From assembly GCA_030643545.1 (NCBI GenBank), contig DAOWLE010000005.1:1-62430 (forward strand): a stretch of DNA of 62,430 nt, given 5' to 3'. The stretch is from a bacterium. Lineage in GTDB: Bacteria > Patescibacteriota > Minisyncoccia > JAHIHE01 > DAOWLE01. Positions 54,337-62,430 of the stretch are shown here, piece by piece; the first letter of the stretch is position 1, and each line of letters opens with the position of its first letter. The translations under genes and the position numbers were made by a program. The notes under the pieces are model-generated. The model was not told where the DNA came from. It saw nothing but the letters and a program-made list of their open reading frames with translations, and did not search any database.

Positions 54337-56172
54337 TTATTTCTGCGCTAATTCTTTTTTCGCTTTTTTAATTTCTAAAAGCTGGGCCGGATCAGTAGTA
54401 ACAATTTGGTCTTCAGAATAAGAAGCGACAATTTTAATCGCCGCGCGCTTAAGTCCGGCAAAAAAGATTCCTTCGCCGACATTGCTTTCCAAAAGAAGAA
54501 ATCTTTCTTCGTTAGTTAGAAAAAAAGTGTCGGAAACAATATCAATCGCGGCTGGCGATTGCTTCATCAAAAGCAACAAAGACGAATTAGTGACAATCGG
54601 TTTCCCATAACGGGAAGAAAAAAAGTCCGTAATGTCCTGAGTGATTGTTGTCAATCCCAAATAATATTTTCGCGCTCTTTTGGCAATTCCAAAAGTAAAA
54701 GCCGCTCCTTCTTCGTGCTGCATCAGCCACCAGGCCTCGTCAAGAATTAAAATTCTTTTTTTCAAACGGCTTCTGACTAAAGTCCAGATATAATTTAAAA
54801 TAACATACATCGCTACCGGCCTAAGCTCTTCTTCCATATCGCGGATGCTGAAAACAACTAAATTTTTGTCAACATCAACATTAGTCGGATTATTTAAAAA
54901 ACCGGAAAAAATTCCTTCGGTATATTTTCTGAGCCGCAGAGATAAATTTTCCGCTCCGTCCATATTATCTAAAATCGTTTGCAGATCCTGCATTGTTGGC
55001 GGAGTAATTTTTTTAAGATTGGATTCCGGCGTGATGTCTTTCAGCGCGTATGTCTCGGTAAGAGCTTTATCTAAAATAGAATCTTCTTCCGGTGTAAGCG
55101 AACCTAACATCACTTTGACCAAGCCGATCAGTCCGGCGATATGGCTTCTTAAAATATCCGCGGCGGTTTCGTCCTCTAGAGGCGTTGGCAGATCAAAAGG
55201 ATTAAGATGATATTTGGAAGTCAGAGAAATTTTTACAAAACTACCGCCAACTGTTTCAGTCAGATGCTTATATTCATTTTCCGGATCAATAATTAAGACA
55301 TCTGTTCCCAACATTAAACTTCTTAAAATTTCCAATTTTACCGCGTAACTTTTTCCGCCGCCTGATTTTCCAAAGATAACCATATTGGCATTTTCCAAAC
55401 TGAATCTGTCAAAGAGAATCAGAGAATTATTATGGCGGTTAATTCCATAAAGAATTCCTTGATTAGAAGTTAGATCTGAAGAAACAAAAGGAAAAGTTGT
55501 TGAAAGCGGCGATGAATTCATATTATTGCCAATCATTAATTCGTCGTTTCCCAAAGGCAAAGTTGAAGCAAATCCCTGTTCCATTTGAAAAAGCGCCGGC
55601 TTAGCGTAGACAAGCCGTGTTTCAAGCATTCCCTCAACTCGTGAAGAAATTTCGTCAAGCTCTTTTAATGACTCGGCAAAAAAAGTTATGTAAAGCCCGA
55701 ATTGGAAAAGCCGCTCGCTGCCTTGCATCAAACGATCACGCAATTCTTCAGCGTCTTGTAAAGCGGTTTCCAAAATCGGATCGCGAACTTTATTTTGTTC
55801 TTCATTAATGGAAATCTGCGACTCAATCTGGGTAACTGTTTTTTTAAGATTTTTTAAAACAACTCGGCTTTCTAAAGGATGAACAAACATTGATATATCA
55901 AAAGCAGTGTCAAAATTTATAATCGGCGAAAGCCAGCTTGTTTGCAGATATCTCGGATAGGTGAAAACAAAAAGCGTTTTGACGAATTTTTCCCCGACTT
56001 GAAGATAATTGGAACTTATTTTCAGCGCCGCCGGAGCGATGATATCTTTAACCGTGGCGATTCCTTTCTGGTAAATTTTTTCCGATTCAGAAACAGCCCC
56101 TCTACTGACAGAAAGTTTGCCTTTCTTTTTATTATCTTTTTTATTGTTTTGTTTCTTTTTAAAAAACATCAT
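54337..56172 (-). CDS. VirB4/TrbE-like T4SS ATPase (C-terminal two thirds)
   Basis: Walker A FGKSGGGKSY, Walker B ILILDEAWW. 611 aa. Confidence 0.85.
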   Translation of the reverse strand: MMFFKKKQNNKKDNKKKGKLSVSRGAVSESEKIYQKGIATVKDIIAPAALKISSNYLQVGEKFVKTLFVFTYPRYLQTSWLSPIINFDTAFDISMFVHPLESRVVLKNLKKTVTQIESQISINEEQNKVRDPILETALQDAEELRDRLMQGSERLFQFGLYITFFAESLKELDEISSRVEGMLETRLVYAKPALFQMEQGFASTLPLGNDELMIGNNMNSSPLSTTFPFVSSDLTSNQGILYGINRHNNSLILFDRFSLENANMVIFGKSGGGKSYAVKLEILRSLMLGTDVLIIDPENEYKHLTETVGGSFVKISLTSKYHLNPFDLPTPLEDETAADILRSHIAGLIGLVKVMLGSLTPEEDSILDKALTETYALKDITPESNLKKITPPTMQDLQTILDNMDGAENLSLRLRKYTEGIFSGFLNNPTNVDVDKNLVVFSIRDMEEELRPVAMYVILNYIWTLVRSRLKKRILILDEAWWLMQHEEGAAFTFGIAKRARKYYLGLTTITQDITDFFSSRYGKPIVTNSSLLLLMKQSPAAIDIVSDTFFLTNEERFLLLESNVGEGIFFAGLKRAAIKIVASYSEDQIVTTDPAQLLEIKKAKKELAQK

Positions 56173-56202
56173 ATTTAATTGAAAATTTAAATATCAAAAA
56201 TC

Positions 56203-56220
56203 AAAATGACAATGTAAAAT
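56203..56220 (+). repeat. AAAATGACAATGTAAAAT, left inverted repeat of the 4HB cassette
   Basis: Identical to 26286..26303. Inverted partner at 56578..56595. Confidence 0.7.
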
Positions 56221-56227
56221 GTTTAAA

Positions 56228-56599
56228 TTATTTTTTGCCTTTTAATGTTAGAATGCTTGAAGCCAAAATATTAGATATTTCAATCAATTCTTCTGATAAC
56301 CATTTTAGTTCACCTTGATTTCCTTTGTTAGTGTCTCTTAATAAGGTTAGCCACACTTTTGATTCGTTAGATGATTTTAATGAATAAGTGAAAAAGTTAA
56401 TAAAATCTTTTTTAGAACTTGCTGAATTAGCTTCAATATAATTTGCTAAAATGCTCGTTCCGCTCCTTAAAAGTTGTTTTCCTAAAACATTACAAACGGA
56501 ATCTTTAGGAAGCTTATCAATAAATTTAATTAATCTTAAAACCCAGTTGTAAAGTCTTTTCTTAAATTCATTTTTGAATTTTGCACTGTCATTTTCCAT
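56228..56599 (-). CDS. four-helix-bundle protein (23S rRNA intervening-sequence protein family)
   Basis: ..GKQLLRSGTSILANYIEANSASSKKDFINFFTYSLKSSNESKVWL.. matches the family signature. 123 aa. Confidence 0.85.
   Translation of the reverse strand: MENDSAKFKNEFKKRLYNWVLRLIKFIDKLPKDSVCNVLGKQLLRSGTSILANYIEANSASSKKDFINFFTYSLKSSNESKVWLTLLRDTNKGNQGELKWLSEELIEISNILASSILTLKGKK
56578..56595 (-). repeat. AAAATGACAGTGCAAAAT, right inverted repeat (covers codons 2-8 of the 4HB gene)
   Basis: 16/18 match to the left repeat in inverted orientation. Confidence 0.65.
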
Positions 56600-56620
56600 T
56601 TTGATTTTTCAATTTTGATT

Positions 56621-57331
56621 TTAACGCGCAATATCCAGCTCTTCTATTTTCGCCAGAATATCTTTGTCAGAAGAAATTCCCGGATTATAAATTTTATAAA
56701 GCGCTTCAACAATTTCCTGATTATCCAAAACAACCATTCTTAGTCCGATTCCGGATAAGCCGCTTAAAATATGATTCACTCTTTGAAGAAGCTGGTTTTT
56801 GTATTTTTTAAAATTTTCTTCGGAAAATTTCATTCCGCCTTTTTTTTGGCTCCTTTGAAGTCCGACACCAGTAATAATTTTATCAATAAAATTTTTCTCT
56901 TTTAATTGAACTGGTGAAAAAGGAACAGTGATATAAAATGTCTTATTAATAATATTTGCCATCTTAACCAAACCCTGGATAAATTCCAAATATTCGCTTG
57001 TCTGAATTCTCAAAAGTTCGTTCGGCTGTTCTTTTTCCTTGTCTTTAATCATTTCTAAATATTGTTTGATATTAATTTCTCGTGAATTTACCAAAATCTG
57101 AATTGGAAAATCCAAAGAATTTAAAAAACTTTGATAATGATAAACAATCGCGTCCTGCTCTTCAGTGGATTTCAAAGCAAAATTAATGCTGGAAACCATA
57201 ATAACTGAACGCATTCCGCCGTTTTTAAGAACAACAACTCCGTCCTTAATTTCAGCAATATCAAGATACTCCTGAGTGCTTGATTGAGGAGGTTTTTTTT
57301 GAATTAATTTTTTTGAATGTAATAATTCCAT
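56621..57331 (-). CDS. VirB4 N-terminal-domain-like protein (possible detached first third of VirB4)
   Basis: YLDIAEIKDGVVVLKNGGMRSVIMVSSINFALKSTEEQDAIV..FLNSLDFPIQIL resembles the start of Gram-positive VirB4 homologues (from memory). No Walker motifs. Confidence 0.45.
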   Translation of the reverse strand: MELLHSKKLIQKKPPQSSTQEYLDIAEIKDGVVVLKNGGMRSVIMVSSINFALKSTEEQDAIVYHYQSFLNSLDFPIQILVNSREINIKQYLEMIKDKEKEQPNELLRIQTSEYLEFIQGLVKMANIINKTFYITVPFSPVQLKEKNFIDKIITGVGLQRSQKKGGMKFSEENFKKYKNQLLQRVNHILSGLSGIGLRMVVLDNQEIVEALYKIYNPGISSDKDILAKIEELDIAR

Positions 57332-57334
57332 ATT

Positions 57335-57754
57335 TCAGTTTTTAGTTTTTATTGCCTGTGTCTCAATTCTCCAAGCCAATTCCCTTAAATGGCTTTTGTT
57401 AAATGTTCTTGTTTCAATTCCGCCGGAAGCGGAAAGTTTCTTGATTCCTCTTTTAATTTTTATTTTATCTCTTTTAAAAACTCTTTTCCAGATGTAAGCG
57501 CGTGAAGCGGTAAAAAATAAAAAAATGGACTGGAGAAAAATTATAAAGGGCCGTCCGTTCGGCTTGTAAAACGCCAAAGCGCCGAAAAATAAAAGTGTCG
57601 GCACAGCAACAGTGACAAAAAGAGACACATCGCAAAAACTCCAAAGAATAAAAAGCAGTCCGCCGGCAATTCCCAGCCACATAAATTGTTTGGCGGTAAA
57701 AGGCCCGACGATTTTGTCTTCAACATCAATAAATTGTGGAACATTATACTGCAT
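57335..57754 (-). CDS. PrgI-family (VirB3-like) membrane protein
   Basis: MQYNVPQFIDVEDKIVGPFTAKQF followed by two TM helices. Confidence 0.7.
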   Translation of the reverse strand: MQYNVPQFIDVEDKIVGPFTAKQFMWLGIAGGLLFILWSFCDVSLFVTVAVPTLLFFGALAFYKPNGRPFIIFLQSIFLFFTASRAYIWKRVFKRDKIKIKRGIKKLSASGGIETRTFNKSHLRELAWRIETQAIKTKN

Positions 57755-57783
57755 AAAAATTCAAAGATTAAAAATCAAAATGC

Positions 57784-57801
57784 AAAATGACAAATCAAAA
57801 T
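57784..57801 (+). repeat. solo copy of the 4HB-cassette end motif (AAAATGACAAATCAAAAT)
   Basis: ATG CAA AAT GAC AAA TCA AAA TTT AAA (MQNDKSKFK) mirrors MENDSAKFK, the start of the 4HB gene. Confidence 0.55.
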
Positions 57802-57812
57802 TTAAAATTTCA

Positions 57813-57857
57813 ACCCCTCCTTATTCCTCCCCTTTATAAGGGGAGGTTAGGTGGGGT
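57813..57857. repeat. GC-rich hairpin element ACCCC-T-CCT..CCTCCCC-TTTATAA-GGGGAGG..AGG-T-GGGGT
   Basis: Read directly. Intergenic. Confidence 0.8.
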
Positions 57858-57868
57858 ATTTTTACATT

Positions 57869-58534
57869 TTACATTTGTAATGTCGTTGGTTTCATTGCAT
57901 CATAAAATCTCAAAAGTTTGTGGATTTTTTCTTTGTCAGATTTTGAAAGCCGGGCAATGTTAGCGTTATGGCTAATGTATTGGGCTTTTTCAATATTGGA
58001 ATGTTTTTCAATTCCAATTGTCCGGTCATAATCCAAAAGCCAATTTTTTATCAAAGGCAGTTGCGGCTCTTCTTCTCTTTTAATAATTATTCTGTCTTTT
58101 CCTAATTTTTCTTCGTTGTTTCGCAGGGCTTTGTAAATTAATTCCCGCAGATCGTCTCTAATCACCTCCGGCAAAACCATCAGCCGCGTTTCTATTCTTT
58201 CTTCAATATCATTATCCGGATCATCCATTGCTTTGGCAAAATTTTCTTCAATAAATTCTGCCACTTCTTCATAACTCAACAAAGGCAGAGCAACCAATTC
58301 TAATCTGACAATTAAATTAAGATATTGGGAATACAATTTTGGTCTTTCATCACGAAGCTGATATTTAAAACGGGGATTATTTTTTTCAATCGCTTCAAAA
58401 ATTTTAACCAATTCAAATGACTCCCAGACATCCCGATGAAACGCAAAATCCTCGACTTGTTTTTTGATTTCCTTAAAAGCCGCTTCACTTTTAATTTGTT
58501 CCGGAGTTAATTGGAATAAATTTATATTGTTCAT
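57869..58534 (-). CDS. hypothetical cytoplasmic protein in T4SS-like cluster
   Basis: 221-aa ORF, co-directional, no motif recognised. Confidence 0.45.
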   Translation of the reverse strand: MNNINLFQLTPEQIKSEAAFKEIKKQVEDFAFHRDVWESFELVKIFEAIEKNNPRFKYQLRDERPKLYSQYLNLIVRLELVALPLLSYEEVAEFIEENFAKAMDDPDNDIEERIETRLMVLPEVIRDDLRELIYKALRNNEEKLGKDRIIIKREEEPQLPLIKNWLLDYDRTIGIEKHSNIEKAQYISHNANIARLSKSDKEKIHKLLRFYDAMKPTTLQM

Positions 58535-58584
58535 AATTATTTTTTACAAAATTATTTTTCTCCGAGAACTGTTCTGGAGAGTTG

Positions 58585-61254
58585 TTAAGCTTTTTTCTCT
58601 TCTTCTATTTCTATTTCCTCTTCTTCTTCTATAGTTCTACGCCCTTTTTTTTCAACATCAGACAATCCTTTATTTACTATTTTAGTTTTTGCTGTTTCTT
58701 TAAAGATTTCGTCAATTCCTTCTTTAAATTCAAATCCAAACATTCCTATTTCTGATTTCAAATCATCAACTTTTGCTTCTTCCCGTTCAAATGCTTCATA
58801 TAATTTTTCTAAATCTTTAGGCTTGCCTCTTAACCCCCACCTTACATGTTCAAGAGTCAAATCTCTAAGGTTCATTATTCCATCATCGCTTAAACGATAT
58901 TGATTTTCCATTTTAGGATTTCCATCTTCATCTCTAACAATATTTCCTCTCTCGTCCTTAACCTCAACTTTTATTACTTTTGTAAATGTTTTCGCGTCTA
59001 CAGTTTTCATTTCCATAGGTGTGTTTCCTTTAAATTTTTTATTTGATTCTTTCATTGCTGCATCTCTATCAACATAATGAAATTTTTCTGTTTTTGCGTC
59101 TTGATCAGATTGTCCATAATAAGAAGAATTGCCTTTTCTTTTTTCTAATTCCGCGACATTGCTGCTTATACGTCCGGCTTTATTTTCGCCCATCCATTTG
59201 CCCAAACTTCTTATAAACGCGTCGTAACCGTCACGCGAATTCTCAAAACCGCGAAGTTCCATTATGTCGCTTGTGTCTCCGCCAGCGGCAAGCAATTCCA
59301 TATTAGCTTCAACTTTTTCATCATCCTGTTCTTCTATAGCTGTATTAACGAAATTGGTTAGAATCTTTGGATTTTTAGTTTTTGTTTTATTTTGTATATC
59401 GGCAACTCGGGATTGTCTGGCTAATTCTTCATGAGTCGGTTTTTTATAACCCATAACATAAGTTCTTTCTATTAAATCCTGCATTCGCCCGGAAGAAATG
59501 CCATAGGCCTCTGCTTCTTCATCAGCCACATGAGCGCTATAACCTCTTTTTATGGCTTCAGGACTAAGCAAACCAAGCGCTTGTTCTTTAATTCTTCCAA
59601 CGCTATATTCTTTTCCGCTTTTAGTTGTCATTTTTTTCTTCGCCGCGCCTTGAACCCATTTATCAAGTCCTTTTCCTCCAGGCACACGCCTTACAACAGA
59701 CCTAACTGTATCTTGCCATGGTAATTTTCCTTTTGCCAAACTGCGGCTCATATATCCGCCGACTGCTCCGCCCAGAAACGCGCCTCCAGCCGCTAATTTT
59801 CCAACTGTCATTCCTTCAACTTTATCCGCTCCCCAAATTCCCAATTGTCTGGCAATCCAAATGCTTGCGTAAAGGAAAACCATAATAACAACATAATACA
59901 AAAGATTGCCAAGAAGCGCAACGAATATTCCCGCTGATGCGCCTCCGCTTTGAGCTATTTTAGTTAATTCTGCTGGCAATTCTATCGGTACATTAATAGC
60001 TAATTCTCCGGCTAAATAAACAAAGAAAATCATAATTGGCCCAACGATAAGATATTTTGATAATTCGCTCCAATATCTGCTGGCATAACTTTTTGTTTGA
60101 GGCAAGATATTAAAAAAGAATCCGATCGGAGAAAGAATAAGTAAAATTGTTAAAGCAACCAAACGGATAATCATAAAAAGCGCCATTGCGGTATAAACTG
60201 CGGCTAAAACAATTAAAAAAACAAGAGCAAACATAATGGCAATTACCCAGCTTAAAGCATTCATCAAATCTTCAATGAATATTGATTTAAGAATTCCCCA
60301 ATCACCGAACGCATCAGTAAAAATCTTAACCATATTTTTTAAACTTTGATGAACCGACGAATTAATAAAATCTCCTCCCATTAAAGCAACAAATTGATAC
60401 ATTAAAATCTGGCTGGCGTCAATGGCTAATTCAACAATTGGCCTGCTGAAATTAACTAAGAACGCGGCAATCAATAATGGAAGCAATAAACTTTGGGCTT
60501 TGTATGTTTGAATTCTCAAAATAGTCGCCAAAGAGATTACCAAAAGAATTAAAATAAAAAACATATTGCAGATATCTCTGATAATTGTCCAGCCACGAGC
60601 AACCATATTTGAATCAAACATATTTTGATAAAGAGTCGGAGTTAAAGTAGCATCAAAAAAACTAGCTGATAAACCAATAATAATTCCGACTAAATGAAGC
60701 AATACCCAGCAAATTATGTAAATAATGGCTAAAACAAAATTGGCTAATTTTTCAAAAAACATTGCAATTGTTTTGCCAATAAAATCAAATCCGCTTAAAG
60801 TCCCTTCTTTAGCTATTCCTCCAAGAAATTCAGTTGCGTTTGCCGGTCTAATACAATATGGATTTTCTTGCGGTCCATCATTTCTGCAAACCATTGAAGA
60901 TCTACAAGTATCTTGCGGGGTGGGAGTAGTAAGCGCTGAAAAATTAACAGTAATCACGCCAATAGCTTTTAGATACCATGGATTATCATCAGACAAAGGA
61001 GAGCAAAAATTAGTAATCGCGCTTTGACAAAATTCTTCATTTCCAAAACATTGGCCTATTGGAGCATTAAGCGGAGGTTCTACTGCCCTCACTGCACCAT
61101 CCCCTCCAAAAATCCCTCCAAAAATCATTACCATTAAAAAAACTCCCAAAAGAACTTTGCGGCTTGGGAATTTAAAAATTCCAAAACCGCTGAATTTTTT
61201 TGAGAGTATTTTTGCGTAGTATTTTTTTATTTTTTGTTTTAGTTTTATAAACAT
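58585..61254 (-). CDS. VirB6/TrbL-like polytopic membrane protein with Cys-rich exodomain and long charged C-terminal tail
   Basis: 889 aa. N-terminal TM, 8 Cys in aa ~70-125, many TM helices in aa ~150-520. First gene of the cluster. Confidence 0.55.
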   Translation of the reverse strand: MFIKLKQKIKKYYAKILSKKFSGFGIFKFPSRKVLLGVFLMVMIFGGIFGGDGAVRAVEPPLNAPIGQCFGNEEFCQSAITNFCSPLSDDNPWYLKAIGVITVNFSALTTPTPQDTCRSSMVCRNDGPQENPYCIRPANATEFLGGIAKEGTLSGFDFIGKTIAMFFEKLANFVLAIIYIICWVLLHLVGIIIGLSASFFDATLTPTLYQNMFDSNMVARGWTIIRDICNMFFILILLVISLATILRIQTYKAQSLLLPLLIAAFLVNFSRPIVELAIDASQILMYQFVALMGGDFINSSVHQSLKNMVKIFTDAFGDWGILKSIFIEDLMNALSWVIAIMFALVFLIVLAAVYTAMALFMIIRLVALTILLILSPIGFFFNILPQTKSYASRYWSELSKYLIVGPIMIFFVYLAGELAINVPIELPAELTKIAQSGGASAGIFVALLGNLLYYVVIMVFLYASIWIARQLGIWGADKVEGMTVGKLAAGGAFLGGAVGGYMSRSLAKGKLPWQDTVRSVVRRVPGGKGLDKWVQGAAKKKMTTKSGKEYSVGRIKEQALGLLSPEAIKRGYSAHVADEEAEAYGISSGRMQDLIERTYVMGYKKPTHEELARQSRVADIQNKTKTKNPKILTNFVNTAIEEQDDEKVEANMELLAAGGDTSDIMELRGFENSRDGYDAFIRSLGKWMGENKAGRISSNVAELEKRKGNSSYYGQSDQDAKTEKFHYVDRDAAMKESNKKFKGNTPMEMKTVDAKTFTKVIKVEVKDERGNIVRDEDGNPKMENQYRLSDDGIMNLRDLTLEHVRWGLRGKPKDLEKLYEAFEREEAKVDDLKSEIGMFGFEFKEGIDEIFKETAKTKIVNKGLSDVEKKGRRTIEEEEEIEIEEEKKA

Positions 61255-61314
61255 TGAAGCTTTGATTTACTTTTCCACAACTAATTGTATTATAGCATAA
61301 TTCCCAAAAGAAAA

Positions 61315-62430
61315 CTACAACACAATTTCCTTCGGCCAATCTGAAACAGTAATATGTTTTTCAACAAAAGGAATTTGCTCCCAAATTTCTTCAGTAATAA
61401 AAGGAATAAACGGATGAAGAAGTTTTAAATAAGTTTTTAAGCAATAATATAAAGTTTGTTGCGCGGCGATTTTTGATTTTTCATTATTATTTCCCAATCT
61501 ATCCTTTGCCGTTTCAATATATTCATCACAAAAATTATGCCAAAAAGATTCATAAAGTTTTTCCAAAGCACGATGAAATTTAAAATTTTCAATATCGCTT
61601 GTTGTTTCTTTAATCAAATTATTTAAATGCTTAAGGATTTTTAGATCGTCTTTATTTTTCGTTTGAAGGCGACACGACATCGTGTCGCCTGCGTTTTTTT
61701 TGTCATTTTTCAAATTCATTAAAACAAACTTTGAAGCGTTCCAAATTTTATTGTTAAAATTCCGAAAATTCTTGCAGCGTTCGTCCATAATATTTTTTGA
61801 AACCCAGATATCCCGGGCGGCGATTGAGTAAGAAACTAAAGTCGCGCGCAAGCTGTCAGTTCCCCATTTTTCAATCATTTCCATTGGCTCAAAGCCGTTT
61901 CCCAATGATTTGGAAAATTTTCTTCCTTTGAGATCGCGCATTGTTCCGTGAAAAAACATATTTTTAAATGGAATCTCGCCGGTGAATTTTTTAGCCGACA
62001 TAATCATCCTGGCAATCCAAAGATATTTTATTTCCGGAGCGGAAATTTCAAAATCAGCCGGAAAATATTTTTTAAATTCTTCTGTCTGTTCTGGCCAGCC
62101 CAAAGTGGAAATCGGCCAAAGCCAGGAAGAAAACCAAGTATCAAGAACCTGCTCGTCTTGTTTTAAATCTTGCGAACCGCAAACCGGACATTTTTCTGGT
62201 TTTGTTCTTGAAACAACAATTCCTTTTTTTTCTTTATTAAAATTTTCTTTATCATCGTTTTCCAAACAATTCTGACAATAATAAACAGGCATCCTATGTC
62301 CCCACCAAAGCGATCTGGAAATGCACCAGTTGTGGATATTTTCTAACCAGTCAGTCAAAATTTCTCCGTATCTTGAAGGATAAAAATTGATTTCTTGATT
62401 TTTAATCGCTTTAATCGCCTCTTCAGCCAA
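61315..62430 (-). CDS. valS: valyl-tRNA synthetase (C-terminal part; N-terminus beyond the window end)
   Basis: DTWFSSWLWPISTLGWP, KMSKS-type KFSKSLGN, Cys cluster CQNC..CPVCG. Confidence 0.92.
   Translation of the reverse strand: MAEEAIKAIKNQEINFYPSRYGEILTDWLENIHNWCISRSLWWGHRMPVYYCQNCLENDDKENFNKEKKGIVVSRTKPEKCPVCGSQDLKQDEQVLDTWFSSWLWPISTLGWPEQTEEFKKYFPADFEISAPEIKYLWIARMIMSAKKFTGEIPFKNMFFHGTMRDLKGRKFSKSLGNGFEPMEMIEKWGTDSLRATLVSYSIAARDIWVSKNIMDERCKNFRNFNNKIWNASKFVLMNLKNDKKNAGDTMSCRLQTKNKDDLKILKHLNNLIKETTSDIENFKFHRALEKLYESFWHNFCDEYIETAKDRLGNNNEKSKIAAQQTLYYCLKTYLKLLHPFIPFITEEIWEQIPFVEKHITVSDWPKEIVL
61666..61690. repeat. AAGGCGACACGACATCGTGTCGCCT palindrome inside valS
   Basis: Sense strand encodes AGDTMSCRL in frame. 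Same 24-nt core as 51556..51579. Confidence 0.9.

Noticed and set aside
56228-56599. Diversity-generating retroelement (the 4HB protein as Avd)
   Set aside because: No reverse transcriptase ORF and no template/variable repeat pair is visible anywhere in the window.
1-62430. CRISPR arrays, rRNA genes, integrases/transposases, prophage structural genes
   Set aside because: I scanned for regularly spaced direct repeats and for recognisable recombinase or capsid motifs in the ORF track, and none were seen. The repeats present are palindromic singletons or pairs, not arrays.

Overview
AT-rich, tightly packed bacterial chromosome segment. The gene content looks like a Patescibacteria/CPR-type genome to me, but this is inference and no search was run. 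It includes MetRS, ValRS, DnaK/GrpE, RecA, RNase Y, ribosomal proteins S1/S6/S18/S20, SSB, an archaeal-type PEP carboxylase, two O-antigen-ligase-like proteins, a minimal Gram-positive-style type IV secretion cluster and many small palindromic intergenic elements. The standard genetic code applies (TGA terminates metG). I found 4 tRNAs and no rRNA, CRISPR array, integrase or transposase.

Three accessory regions stand out:
1. 3.7-9.9 kb, abutting the 3' end of tRNA-Ala. It holds a Schlafen/AlbA_2-like gene pair and two MvaI/BcnI-like restriction-modification units. One methyltransferase is fused in frame to a complete LexA repressor.
2. 33.4-38.7 kb, an unusually gene-poor stretch around rpsA. 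It holds a tight triple DnaA box, a GC-rich structured non-coding core and two tandem consensus promoters. It also holds a plus-strand array of cassettes in which unrelated ORF bodies share three things: the same 5' leader (an anti-SD / decoy / SD three-element RNA switch), the same first ~19 codons and the same structured 3' trailer. This is my best candidate for an undescribed system, and its function is unknown.
3. 52.7-61.3 kb, a VirB2/VirB3(PrgI)/VirB4/VirB6-like cluster. Its VirB4 appears to be split by a four-helix-bundle (23S-IVS-protein family) cassette bounded by inverted repeats.

Other observations:
- Short palindromic elements sit in frame inside GpmI, an O-antigen-ligase-like gene and ValRS.
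- There are MITE-like ~81-bp elements.
- A (GCCGGTT)x4 tract lies in a surface-glycan gene.
- A thyX-like/Nudix/MTase/glyA/tmk operon carries a tandem ThyX-fold protein that lacks the RHR motif.
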